Assembly (NCBI GenBank): GCA_963775425.1
Contig: CAVZJB010000005.1
Location: 320,001 to 384,000, forward strand
Direction of reading: 5' to 3'
Source of the DNA: an uncultured delta proteobacterium
GTDB taxonomy: Bacteria; Myxococcota; UBA727; VGSZ01
DNA: 64,000 nt
Shown here: positions 8,864 to 19,147 of the stretch, piece after piece
Position numbering within the stretch: position 1 is the stretch's first letter
How the letters are laid out: the number at the start of each line of letters is the position of its first letter
Notes under the pieces: generated by a model
Database searches by the model: none
Told to the model about the DNA's origin: nothing
What the model saw: the letters and a program-made list of their open reading frames with translations, nothing else
Program-made: the position numbers and the translations under genes

Positions 8864-11451
8864 CCGTCTCCTGTGCGCGCGCCGCGCTGCAGGTCGCGGG
8901 CGCTCAAGACGCCCCCCTGCTGCCCGAGCACGTCGAGCTGCTCGCGGTAGGGATCCGTGCGCCGCTCCTCTTCCGCCTTCTCGATGACGCGGCTGGCGGC
9001 GCGCACGACCTCCGCCGGGTGCGACGGGAAGCTGGTCTCCTTGCCGAGCATGATGGCGTCGGCGCCGCGGTCGTAGATGGCGGCGTAGAGGCCCTCGACG
9101 TCGCCACGCGACGGCCGGGAAGGATCCTTCACCATGGACATGAGCACTTCCGTGGCCACCATGGTGGCCTTGCCGTAGAGCTTGCCGACGGCGTTGATGC
9201 GGCGCTCGGCGGCGGGGACGTTCTCGTAGCCGATCTCCACACCGAGGTCGCCGCGCGCGACCATGAGCGCGTCGGCGGCGAGCGCGATCTTCTCGAGGTT
9301 CTCGAGGCCTTCGGGGCGCTCGATCTTGGCGATGATGGGCACCACGTGCCCGATGCCCTTCTTCTCGAGGTCGCGCATCTTCTTGCGGAGGTACTCGATG
9401 TCCGCGGCCTCGCGCACGAACGACGACGCCACGATGTCGATCTCGGGCAACAGGTGCTCGAGGTTGTCGAGGTCGTCGTCGGTGATGGTGCGCACCGAGA
9501 GGTCGCTCTGGGGCAGGTTGATGCCCTTCTTGTCCCAGACCTTGCCGCCCATGACGACGTCGGCGGACACGGTCCCCGCGCCGGCGTCGATGGCCGTGAC
9601 CCGGAGCTCGACTGTGCCGTCGTTCATGAACACGGGATCGCCGACCTTCACGTCGTGGCAGAGCGAGGGGAAGCTCACCGGCAGGAGCGACGGGTTGCCG
9701 ATCACGTCCTTGGTGGTGAGCGTGACGTGCGCGCCCTCCGCGAGGATGATGTCGTTGAACTCGAGCTTCTTCGGGTTTTCGAACTTGCCGAGCCGGATCT
9801 TGGGCCCCTCGAGGTCGACCTGGATGGTGACGTTCTTGCCGAGCGCCGCGGCCGCCGCGCGGATGCGCTTCATGAGCGCCACCTGCTCCTCGGTGGTGCC
9901 GTGGGCGGTGTTGAAGCGGGCGATGTCCATCCCCGCGGCGATCATCTCGCGCAGCTGCGTCTCGGTGGCCTTGGGGTTGATGGTGGCGCAGATGCGCGCG
10001 CGGCGATCGGCCGCGGGGCGCGGGCCGAACACGAGCGCGGGGTCGAAGGGGCTGTCGCCAAAGGTGTGCTTCTCCCAGCGTGTGAGGAGCTTCTGCAGCG
10101 TCTTGCGCGCGCCCTCGTCGATGCTCACCGCGGGCAGCGTGGTGAGGTGGCGCAGCAGCGCGATGCCCTGTCCGTAGACGAGCGGGTTGCCCGCCTCCTC
10201 GGAGAGCGTGAGCACGCGACCGACGGTGTCGACGATGGCCGTCACCTCGGAGCCGCCGCCCGCCGACGGCTGATCGGAGAGGAGGGCGCCGTCCTCGATG
10301 GCCTTGGAGACCGTGACGCGCATGGCGGTGAGCGCGTCGGCGAAGGCGTACGCGCTGTAACCGGCCTCGGGCGCGCCCGCCTTCCCCGCCTTCCTGGCCG
10401 TCGCCGACGGCGGCGCCGCCATGGGATCCCAGCGGTAGGCCTCGGCGACGAGCGCGGCCTCGCGGCGCTGCAGCTCGGCGCCGTCGAGGCCGATGATGCG
10501 CGCGAGGATCTCCTGCGTGCGGGGGTTGCCCGCCTGGCCCTCGCGCCGGACGATGCGCTCGACGGGGACGCCGGCGGCGACGAGGTGACGCACCACGTGC
10601 TGTTGCGCCTCGAGCCCCGAGCGGAAGTGGCCGCTGAAGGTGCCGACGAGCACCTGCGTCACCTCGCCCTTCGCGTTCTTCTGCACAGACAAGGTCCCGG
10701 CGGTGAGCGCGTCGCCGCCGCGGGCGAGCAGCGTGTGGCCCGGCGTGGGCTTGCCCGGCTCGACGACGGCGGCGCGCGCGACGTCCTGCGCGTCGACGAC
10801 GTACTCGACGAGCTGCCCGGGCTCGAGCTCCTTCAGGAAGTCGGCGTCGAGGGCCTTGATCTGCGTGGGGTCGCCGCCCTCGGCGACGAACTTGCGCACG
10901 CGCTCGACGTAGTAGCGCTCCTGCGCGTCGGGCGTGTGGAAGCCCGGCTTCTTCTGCGTGTCGCGGAAGACGACCCACTGCCCCACCGGCTGCGGCGACG
11001 CCTCGTCCTGCATCTCGACGGCGCGGCGGAACACGGCGGTCTGCACGCCGGCGAGGTGCTTTTGCACCGCCAACGCCTGGAGCGCCGGGCCGCGTGCCGT
11101 ACAGGCGGAGAGCTTGTTGAGGAGCGTGCCGAGCCTCTGCTCGAGGACGAACAGCGTGCTCGCGAGCTGGTAAAGGGCCTCGGCGTCGAGGCCGTTGAAG
11201 TCGCGGTCCGCGAGGCGCTCGGCGTGGCCGGCGAGCTTCTCCACGATCTTCGGGTAGTTCTTGAGCGTCCACAGCCGGTCGAGGTCGGTGAGCTCCTGGC
11301 TCGAGATGACCGTGCCGGCGAACGTGTCGGCGCCGCCGGCCTTCCTCGTCTCGATCGTGCCGCCGGCGGCGATTGCCTCGCGTTGGGCGCGGACGCGCTC
11401 GGACGTCCGGCGGTGCGGACGGCGGGTCTTGGGCTCGTTTCGGACCGGCAT
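8860..11451 (-). CDS. Pyruvate-kinase-like protein with ~480-aa N-terminal extra region and no C-terminal allosteric domain
   Basis: ICATINP, ARFNTAHG, DLEGPKIR, IIAKIE, MVARGDLGVEI and GADAIMLGKETS occur at ~8960-10005; the protein ends soon after the barrel. Confidence 0.85.
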   Translation of the reverse strand: MPVRNEPKTRRPHRRTSERVRAQREAIAAGGTIETRKAGGADTFAGTVISSQELTDLDRLWTLKNYPKIVEKLAGHAERLADRDFNGLDAEALYQLASTLFVLEQRLGTLLNKLSACTARGPALQALAVQKHLAGVQTAVFRRAVEMQDEASPQPVGQWVVFRDTQKKPGFHTPDAQERYYVERVRKFVAEGGDPTQIKALDADFLKELEPGQLVEYVVDAQDVARAAVVEPGKPTPGHTLLARGGDALTAGTLSVQKNAKGEVTQVLVGTFSGHFRSGLEAQQHVVRHLVAAGVPVERIVRREGQAGNPRTQEILARIIGLDGAELQRREAALVAEAYRWDPMAAPPSATARKAGKAGAPEAGYSAYAFADALTAMRVTVSKAIEDGALLSDQPSAGGGSEVTAIVDTVGRVLTLSEEAGNPLVYGQGIALLRHLTTLPAVSIDEGARKTLQKLLTRWEKHTFGDSPFDPALVFGPRPAADRRARICATINPKATETQLREMIAAGMDIARFNTAHGTTEEQVALMKRIRAAAAALGKNVTIQVDLEGPKIRLGKFENPKKLEFNDIILAEGAHVTLTTKDVIGNPSLLPVSFPSLCHDVKVGDPVFMNDGTVELRVTAIDAGAGTVSADVVMGGKVWDKKGINLPQSDLSVRTITDDDLDNLEHLLPEIDIVASSFVREAADIEYLRKKMRDLEKKGIGHVVPIIAKIERPEGLENLEKIALAADALMVARGDLGVEIGYENVPAAERRINAVGKLYGKATMVATEVLMSMVKDPSRPSRGDVEGLYAAIYDRGADAIMLGKETSFPSHPAEVVRAASRVIEKAEEERRTDPYREQLDVLGQQGGVLSARDLQRGARTGDG

Positions 11452-11550
11452 GGGCTCAGGGTTCTACCCAAACCCCACGAAATTTGGCGCACTTGTTCGC
11501 CGGCTGCGCGGGCGCCGGCGACCTGTCCCGGCTCATGGCGCGCGGAGGCC

Positions 11551-12210
11551 TCACTCCGCGGTCGCGCGGAGCGTGAAGGGCCCGAAGTCGTCGCTGGTGA
11601 AGCCGTCGATCATGATGAACAGCGGACCCGCCGGAGGGCTCGGGACGACGAGATCGATGGTGTGGGTCGCGCTGGCCTGGCAGGCCACGGCCACTTCGGT
11701 ACAGCTCGTGAGCACCTTGGCGAACATGAAGTACGAGGCGACGTCGCTTTGGGCGGTCACATGCAGCGCCTGACCCGCCGGCATATCGATCTGATACACG
11801 AGGTCGGGCGCGGGGAACTCGCCGACACCGTCGCAATTTGTGGAGTCGCTGTTGTCGTCGGCGGCCCCGGTTGTGTCCCCGGCGACGGTGACCCCGAGGT
11901 CAAGGTGGATCGCATTGGAGCAGTCTTCGCCGGGGACGGGCCCGGCGCCCGCGTCCTCGGGGCCGTCGCCCAGACCGGCGTCGCCCAGACCGGCGTCGCC
12001 CAGACCGGCGTCGCCCGCGCCGGCGTCGCTCGGGCCGGCGTCGTCGAGGAGCGGGAAGTCGGGCGGGACGCAGGCGCCGTCGAAGCAGATGAAGCCGTGG
12101 TCGCAGCTGCTCTCGCAGGGGCGGCCGAAGTCCTCGGGCGGCAGCGCGCACGTCGCGGCGAGGAGCAACGCGCCCGCGAGCGCGGCGACAGCAGGGAGCG
12201 CGCGCGTCAC
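11551..12210 (-). CDS. Putative Cys-rich lipoprotein with DAG-repeat linker and C-terminal beta-rich (PPC-like) domain
   Basis: Signal-like N-terminus ending LAATC, CxxxCxxGxxCxxGxC module, GDAGL repeats; GTGA overlap with the upstream gene. Confidence 0.7.
   Translation of the reverse strand: MTRALPAVAALAGALLLAATCALPPEDFGRPCESSCDHGFICFDGACVPPDFPLLDDAGPSDAGAGDAGLGDAGLGDAGLGDGPEDAGAGPVPGEDCSNAIHLDLGVTVAGDTTGAADDNSDSTNCDGVGEFPAPDLVYQIDMPAGQALHVTAQSDVASYFMFAKVLTSCTEVAVACQASATHTIDLVVPSPPAGPLFIMIDGFTSDDFGPFTLRATAE
11964..12017. repeat. 15-bp coding tandem repeat (GDAGL)x3
   Basis: CGTCGCCCAGACCGG occurs three times in tandem, followed by a partial copy. Confidence 0.85.
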
Positions 12211-13586
12211 GGGATGCGCTCCTCGTCGGCGGGGCTCGACGGCGGCGCAGGCGGCTCCGGTGGGCTGTTCCACAAAAACCACCCCGCCGCGGCGGAGGCG
12301 GCGCCGGCGAGGAGGCCGAGCGCACCGCCGCCGACGAACCACACGCCGCTCGACTGCCAGCGCTGATCGGCGTCGGCGTCCTGCGCCTGCAGCGTGCGCG
12401 CCTCGGAGAGCGCGCCGTCGGGATCCTGCTGGGCGCGGCGCTCGGCGTCGCGGATGCGGGCGGTGAGCTGGATGTGGTCGGCGATGGGTCCGAGCCCCGA
12501 GATGGCCGCGACGGTGCTGCCGACGACGAGGATGCTGCCGGTGAACGTGAGCGCGCCGGCGAGCAGCTTGTCGCCGCCGTCGGCGCGGGTGCAGTCGGCG
12601 GAGCAGGTGTCGCCGTCGGCGGTGTTGCCGTCGTCGCAGGCCTCGCCCGCCGTCTGCACGCCGTTTCCGCACCGGGTGGTCTTGCAGTTGCCGTCGCAGC
12701 CGTCGCCGTTGTCGGTGTTTCCGTCGTCGCACTCCTCGCCCGCGGTGACGACACCGTTGCCGCAGCGGGTCGCCTTGCAGCCGCGGTCGCAGCCGTCGCC
12801 GTCGACGCTGTTTCCGTCGTCGCACTCCTCGCCCGGATCGATGGCGCCGTTTCCGCAGCGGCTGGTCTTGCAGTTCCTGTCGCAGCCGTCGCCGTTGTCG
12901 GGGTTTCCGTCGTCGCACTCCTCGCCCTCGTCGAGCGCGCCGTTGCCGCAGCCGGGGAGCGTGCAATTGCCGTCGCAGCCGTCGCCGCCGGTGGTGTTTC
13001 CGTCGTCGCACTGTTCGTCGCCGGCGACGATGCCGTTTCCGCACGCGGTCTTGGTGCAGTTGCCGTCGCAGCCGTCGCCGTCGAGGACGTTGCCGTCGTC
13101 GCATTGCTCGCCGGCGGTGACGCGGCCGTTGCCGCAGGCCGTGAGGGTGCAGTTGCCGTCGCAGCCGTCACCGTCCACGGTGTTGCCGTCGTCGCACTGC
13201 TCCCCGGGCTGCACGATCCAATTGCCGCACACCACGGGCGCCTCGGGGCAGGTCTTGCCCGGGCCGTCGCGCGCGATGACGGCGGTGAGCGTCTTGATGC
13301 GCTGCCTGACCACGCCGATCTTCTTGAACTTCGGATAGCTCGCGACCACCGAACGATAGAGGTCCAGGGCGAGGCGGTAGTCGCCGGCGGCGTACGCGAC
13401 CTCGGCGGCGCGGTAGAGGTGCTTGGCCTGCGGCGCGCGCTCGTGGAGCGCGAGGAACAGCGGGATGGCGTCGCAGTACCGCTTCTCCTCGGCCGCCTGG
13501 TACGTCTTCGCGACGAGGTCGGGCGGTCCGTCCGACGGTGGCGGCTTCGGCTGCGCGAGCGCGAGCGCGACGAGCAGGATCAGCAC
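12207..13586 (-). CDS. TPR-like + myxobacterial cysteine-rich repeat (DUF4215-type) membrane protein
   Basis: Signal peptide, helical TPR-like N-domain, seven ~31-aa CGNGxxxxGExCDDGNxxxGDGCxxxC repeats, two C-terminal hydrophobic segments. Confidence 0.9.
   Translation of the reverse strand: MLILLVALALAQPKPPPSDGPPDLVAKTYQAAEEKRYCDAIPLFLALHERAPQAKHLYRAAEVAYAAGDYRLALDLYRSVVASYPKFKKIGVVRQRIKTLTAVIARDGPGKTCPEAPVVCGNWIVQPGEQCDDGNTVDGDGCDGNCTLTACGNGRVTAGEQCDDGNVLDGDGCDGNCTKTACGNGIVAGDEQCDDGNTTGGDGCDGNCTLPGCGNGALDEGEECDDGNPDNGDGCDRNCKTSRCGNGAIDPGEECDDGNSVDGDGCDRGCKATRCGNGVVTAGEECDDGNTDNGDGCDGNCKTTRCGNGVQTAGEACDDGNTADGDTCSADCTRADGGDKLLAGALTFTGSILVVGSTVAAISGLGPIADHIQLTARIRDAERRAQQDPDGALSEARTLQAQDADADQRWQSSGVWFVGGGALGLLAGAASAAAGWFLWNSPPEPPAPPSSPADEERIP
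12586..13229 (-). repeat. Seven tandem ~93-bp myxobacterial Cys-rich repeat units
   Basis: Repeated CDDGN...GDGC...C units are visible in both DNA and protein. Confidence 0.9.
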
Positions 13587-13610
13587 GGGGCCAGTCTACG
13601 CCATCGGCCG

Positions 13611-15089
13611 TCAATCCCAGATGTCGGGCGGGTGCGGCGCCTCGTGGTGCTTCGGCGGCTCGTCGCTCCGCGGGTGACGCAGGCGCGGGTGGTGGCCCGC
13701 GTCGGAGGGCGCGGCGCCCGCGTCGCCGACGTCGTGCGCGGCGCTCGGCGCGGCGGCGCCGGCGTCGCGCCCGTCGGGGAGCGAGGCGGCGCCTGCGTCG
13801 ACGACGCCGGCTGCGCCCGCGTCGTGCGGGCCGGCGGGCGAGGCACCGGCGTCGCGGGCCGCGGTGGGCGCGGCCGGGCCGCTCGTGCCGTCGGGGTGAC
13901 GAAGCGCGAAGAGCGCGATGATGACGGCGGCGACGACGATGGCGACGGCGATGAGCGCGGCGGGCGCCACGAGCGATCGCGCGGGGGCGACGGTGATGGC
14001 CGCGGCGCTCGACGGCGCATCGGGGGCGGGAGCAGGCGGCGGGCGCGCCGAGATCTCGGTGGCCATCGACGCCTCGGTCTCGCCGGTGGGGGGCGAGGGC
14101 ATCATCGGCGACGGCGCGTGCGGTGTGCGCGGGCGCGCGGCGTCGTTGATGGTGGCCGCTGAAGCCTCGACCCAGGCCAGCGGCGTGACGTTCGGTCGCG
14201 GCATGCCGACGCCGCTGTCGAAGGGCGGGAGGGCGTCGATGAGCGCCTGCAATTCCTCGGCGCTCTCGGGGCGGTCTTCGGGCGACTTGGCGAGCAAGCG
14301 CTGCACGAGGCCGGCGACGGGCAGGGGGATGGCGTCGGGCAAGGACGGCACGGGATCGAGCGCGTGCGCCATCAACAGCGCGGTGGCCGTCCTGGCCCGA
14401 AAGGGCGGGTGGCCGGCGAGGCACTCGAACCACAACACCCCGAGCGCGTACAGGTCGCTGCGCGCGTCTGTGGTGACGCCGCGCAGGGCGACCTCGGGCG
14501 CGATGTAGCCCGGCGTGCCGACGACGCTGCCGCGCTGGGTGAGCTGCTCCTGATCGGCAGCGCCTTCGTCCTCGCGCACGAGCTTGGCGACGCCGAAGTC
14601 GAGGATCTTGACGAAGTCGGGGTTCCCCGTTGCCTCCATCAACAGCACGTTGTCCGGCTTGAGGTCGCGGTGGATGATGCCGAGCGCGTGCGCCGCCGCC
14701 AGCGCCGAGGCGATGTCGCGCACGACGGTGAGCGTCTTCTTCACCGGCATCGGGCCGCGCTGCTGCAGGCGCTGCCGCAGGTTCTGTCCGGGCACGAGCT
14801 CCATGGCGAAGTAGAGCGCGCCTCCGTCGGAGGACTCCATCTCGCCGAAGTCGAGCAGCGTGACGATGTGCGGGTGGTGCGCCTGCGACAACGTCATCGC
14901 CTCGCGGCGGAAGCGCTCGACGGTCTTTTCGTCCCCGCTGAGGTCGCGGCGCACGACCTTGAGCGCCACCTCGCGCCCGAGCGGCTCCTGCACGGCGACG
15001 TACACCGTGCCCATGCCGCCGGCGCCGAGCCGCCGAGCGACGCGATAGCGCCCCCCCACGAGCTTCCCGACGGCGACGTTGTCGGCCAC
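13611..15089 (-). CDS. Membrane-anchored Hanks-type Ser/Thr protein kinase
   Basis: LGAGGMGTVY, VALK, HRDLKPDN, DFG, GTPGYIAPE, SDLYALG; Pro-rich linker, TM helix, low-complexity tail ending in W; GTG start at 15089. Confidence 0.95.
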   Translation of the reverse strand: MADNVAVGKLVGGRYRVARRLGAGGMGTVYVAVQEPLGREVALKVVRRDLSGDEKTVERFRREAMTLSQAHHPHIVTLLDFGEMESSDGGALYFAMELVPGQNLRQRLQQRGPMPVKKTLTVVRDIASALAAAHALGIIHRDLKPDNVLLMEATGNPDFVKILDFGVAKLVREDEGAADQEQLTQRGSVVGTPGYIAPEVALRGVTTDARSDLYALGVLWFECLAGHPPFRARTATALLMAHALDPVPSLPDAIPLPVAGLVQRLLAKSPEDRPESAEELQALIDALPPFDSGVGMPRPNVTPLAWVEASAATINDAARPRTPHAPSPMMPSPPTGETEASMATEISARPPPAPAPDAPSSAAAITVAPARSLVAPAALIAVAIVVAAVIIALFALRHPDGTSGPAAPTAARDAGASPAGPHDAGAAGVVDAGAASLPDGRDAGAAAPSAAHDVGDAGAAPSDAGHHPRLRHPRSDEPPKHHEAPHPPDIWD

Positions 15090-15182
15090 GCTGCTTATCC
15101 TCTCCGCGCGCCCTCTCTCGCCTCGCTCGGCGGAGTGCGCGGCTCGCTCCGGTCGGCTAGGTCTAGCATGCCGTGCCCGACC

Positions 15183-15210
15183 GATCAGCGACGGGAGGGA
15201 GCGGCCGCGC
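15183..15210 (+). repeat. Copy of ~29-bp dispersed REP-like repeat
   Basis: GATCAGCGACGGGAGGGAGCGGCCGCGC; near-identical to the copies at 23017-23088 and 52880-52923. Confidence 0.7.
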
Positions 15211-17611
15211 GCCGTCGTCGTGCCGCAAGGAGGACGAGCGCCGCGAGGAGCAGCGCGCCGGCGCCGCTGGCGGCGAGGCCGGCGGCGAGCCCGCGCACCT
15301 CGTAGCGCAGCGTGACGGGGCCGCGGCGGACGTCGTCCACGACGACGGCGAGCTCGCGGCCCGCGGCGCGCACGACGGGCAGGGCGGCGCCGGCCTGCTC
15401 GGCGCGCCAGCCGGGCCACCACTGTCGCCGGACGACGACGACGGCGCCGCCGCTGCCGCCCATGGTCACCGTGCCCGCGGTGGGCGACGCGAAGCGCGCG
15501 ACGACGTCGCCGGCGCCCGCTCCGTCGGGCAGGGCGCGGTCGCCGAGCGCGTCGCCGGGGTCGTCGACGAGGGAGAGCGCCCCCGCGGCGCTGGTGGACG
15601 CCGCGATGTCGCGCAGGAGGACCTCGGTGTCCTCGACGAGGCGCGGGTGTCGCGCGACGGCGACGTCGGGGAGCGCGTCGGGCACGGCGAAGACGGGCGG
15701 CGCGGGCGCCGCGAGGGGCACGCGCGTGAGGCCGACGACGGGGGCGCGCGTGGCGATGTGCGTGCACCCGAGCGCGCGCGCCGGGCCGATGACGCCGTGC
15801 TCCTCGTCGAGGAGGTAGCGCGACATGCGCACGACGGTGGCCTGCGCCGACGGCATGTAATCGTCGGGCGTGGCGGGGCCGCCGCAGGCGCCGATGTTGG
15901 GCTTGCCGTCGATGACGTCGGCGAGCGTGTCGCCGGTGAGCTGGAGATCGCCGCCGGCGTCGTCGAGGTGGACGGCGCGGATGCCGTGCCCGATGCACAG
16001 CTCGGCGCCCGCGGGCAGCGCCTGCAGCGGGCGCGGGACGTCGAGCACGGGCCGCGAAAACGGCAGCGCGCCGGCGGCGGCGAGCGCTATCTCGGCCACG
16101 GCGATCACGGGGAGAAAGCGCGCGGTGCGCGGGCGAGAGAGCGCGAGGAGCGCGACGACGCTGAAGCCGAGCGAGCGGCCGAGCGCGGTGAGCGCGCCGG
16201 TGAACAGCGAGGGCAGGGCGTCGACGGGCGCGCGGGTGGCCGCGCGCGCAGCGGCGGCGTCGACGGCGCCGCGCTCGACGACGACGACGACGGCCGCGAC
16301 GGCGAGGAGCGCGGCGACGACCCCGAGGGCGGCGCGCATACGGCGGCGCACGCCGGGCGAGCGCGCGGCGGCGTCCACGACGAGGGCGACGGCGGCGGCC
16401 GCGCACAGCGACGTGAGCTCGAAGTACTTGGCGGGGTAGCGGAACAGCCGCAGCGGCGGGATCACCGCGAGCGCGACCGTGAGGAGCGGCGACGCGGTCG
16501 CGAGCGCCAGCGACACGGCGGCGACGACGACGAGGGGCCCGCTCCTGCGCGGCCAGCGGGCGGCGCGCACGAGCCCCGAAAAGCCGGCGCGTCCGTCGCG
16601 CGTCCGCCGGACCCACGGGACAGCGAGAGCGAGGAGCGCCGCGCACGCGATGGCGCCCAGGAAGGGGCTCGAGGTCCACGCGATGCGCGCGGCGCCGCCG
16701 TGCCACGCCGACACGAGCGTCGCGCCGTCGTCGAAGCGGTGATACGCGATGAGCGGCAAGACGACGCCGAGGGCCTCGGGCAGCTTCAGCGGCCACGCCG
16801 TCGTGCTCTCCACGCCATGCACGCGCGCCACCGCGCCGCCGAGGCCGGCGCTCGGCAGGAGCTGCGCGCACGCGAGGAGCGTCCCGGCGAGCGCGCTCGC
16901 GGCCAGGAGCAGGGCGCGCCCACGGCGCGACGGCGACGACGGCGACGGCGACGGCGACCGCGGTGGGCCCGGTGGGGCGTCGCGGCCGGATCGTCGCGGG
17001 CCGACGGCGGCGGCGACGCCCTCGGCGACGACGAGGCAGCCGGCGGCGAACGCCATCTGCAGGCTGCCGTCGAGCGCGAGCAGCCCGAGCCCGGCGGCGA
17101 CGGCGGCGACGTCGCGGCCGCGCGCTTCGTGCAAGCGCCGCAGGTTGCGCGCGCCGCCCCAGCACAACGGGAGGAGCGCGGCGTCGATGACGTACGGCCC
17201 GTGCAGCACGAGGTCCACGGTGGTGCCGAAGAGCGCTTGCGCGAGCCCGCCGGCGAGGCGCCCTCGCCACGACGCGCCGAAAGAGCCGGCGAAGTATGCG
17301 CCGCAGGCGGCGGCGAGCACGAGCCACGCCCATGAGAAGAACGACGCGGCTGCCTCGGGTGACAACACCGCGGTCGCCAGGTGAGCCGTCGGCGAAAACG
17401 CGAGGCCGAGCGGGTCCTGGAGCACCACGCCGTCGCCGCGCAGCGGATCGAGGATCAGGCGTCCGGCTTCGTGGGCGCACAACGTCGGCACCAGGTTGCG
17501 CGTGTGGTCGAGGCCCGAGAAGCGCGCGCCCGCGACGAGCGGCGCGCCCACTACGAGCGCCACGACGGCCGCCGCGCACGCGGCGGGGTGCCTGCGCACG
17601 AGCCCGGTCAC
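15185..17611 (-). CDS. YfhO-like multi-pass membrane glycosyltransferase (GT-C)
   Basis: Many TM helices, FRYPAKY, and C-terminal WWPGWRA...AVVV...VTLRY followed by a TM helix, typical of YfhO-family proteins; downstream of a GT2. Confidence 0.75.
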   Translation of the reverse strand: MTGLVRRHPAACAAAVVALVVGAPLVAGARFSGLDHTRNLVPTLCAHEAGRLILDPLRGDGVVLQDPLGLAFSPTAHLATAVLSPEAAASFFSWAWLVLAAACGAYFAGSFGASWRGRLAGGLAQALFGTTVDLVLHGPYVIDAALLPLCWGGARNLRRLHEARGRDVAAVAAGLGLLALDGSLQMAFAAGCLVVAEGVAAAVGPRRSGRDAPPGPPRSPSPSPSSPSRRGRALLLAASALAGTLLACAQLLPSAGLGGAVARVHGVESTTAWPLKLPEALGVVLPLIAYHRFDDGATLVSAWHGGAARIAWTSSPFLGAIACAALLALAVPWVRRTRDGRAGFSGLVRAARWPRRSGPLVVVAAVSLALATASPLLTVALAVIPPLRLFRYPAKYFELTSLCAAAAVALVVDAAARSPGVRRRMRAALGVVAALLAVAAVVVVVERGAVDAAAARAATRAPVDALPSLFTGALTALGRSLGFSVVALLALSRPRTARFLPVIAVAEIALAAAGALPFSRPVLDVPRPLQALPAGAELCIGHGIRAVHLDDAGGDLQLTGDTLADVIDGKPNIGACGGPATPDDYMPSAQATVVRMSRYLLDEEHGVIGPARALGCTHIATRAPVVGLTRVPLAAPAPPVFAVPDALPDVAVARHPRLVEDTEVLLRDIAASTSAAGALSLVDDPGDALGDRALPDGAGAGDVVARFASPTAGTVTMGGSGGAVVVVRRQWWPGWRAEQAGAALPVVRAAGRELAVVVDDVRRGPVTLRYEVRGLAAGLAASGAGALLLAALVLLAARRRRAAAPSRR

Positions 17612-18326
17612 GGCGCGCGCGCCACCAGCGCGAGGTTCTTGCCGGCGACCGCCGAAAACGGAAGCGCCCGCTCGAGCAGGCGCGTGAGCGGCACGCCGAC
17701 ACGGTCGTAGAGGCGGGCGGCGCCGGTGCCGACCTCGCGGCGGCGGAGCACGCGGCCCACCAGCAGCCACGGCAGCACGCCGAGCGCGTCCACGTACCGC
17801 ACGCCGTCGACGACGAAGCCCGCCCGCGTCACGACGTCGACGAGGGCGCGGCGCGTGTACCGTCGCACGTGGCCCACGGCTTCGTCGAGCGTTCCGAACA
17901 ACAGCGGCAGCGCCGGGACGAACAACAGCAACCGCCCGCCCGGGCGCAGCAGCGAGCGCGCGGTGTCGAGCAGCCCGCGGTCGTCGGGGACGTGCTCGAG
18001 GACGTTGATGGCCACGACGTCGTCGAACACGCGCGCGAACGCCTCCGGCGACGCCGCGCGCGCTTCGTCGAGCGTGCCGGCGACCGCGGTCGTGCGCGGC
18101 AACGCCCGCGCGCGCAGCGTGTCGACGAGGCCGCGGTCGGGCTCCACGAGCACCGCCTCGTCCACCGACGGGAGGTAGTGCCGCGCCATGTTGCCGGTTC
18201 CGGCGCCGACCTCGAGGACGCGACCGCGCGGCCCTCCGTCGAGCGCGTCGAGGATGAAGCGCGCGTACGCGCCGAGCTCCGCCATCATCTCGAGATCGCG
18301 CCCGGGATACCCCGTGCCCGCGTCCA

Positions 18327-18327
<1 letters not shown>
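17608..18327 (-). CDS. Class I SAM-dependent methyltransferase
   Basis: VLEVGAGTG, INVLEHVPDD, LRPGG, FGTLDEAVGHVRRY; overlaps both neighbours. Confidence 0.9.
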
Positions 18328-19079
<752 letters not shown>

Positions 19080-19147
19080 GCGCTCGGGATTCGAGCGGCG
19101 TGCGCGGGGGACGCGGCATGTCGGTCGCAGCCTACACCGCCGACCCG

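Noticed and set aside
9019-12366. 1115-aa plus-strand ORF and similar long antisense ORFs (e.g. 58092..60167, 53846..56176, 50924..52951, 33810..35732)
   Set aside because: These mirror motif-bearing genes on the opposite strand; stop-poor shadow frames are expected at this GC content.
7934-17702. Apparent giant proteins 7934..11272 and 13611..17702 (likewise 42..2492 and 38791..41445)
   Set aside because: Only the C-terminal parts have real protein composition. The Arg/Pro-rich N-terminal parts overlap other genes in a different frame, so these are not true fusions.
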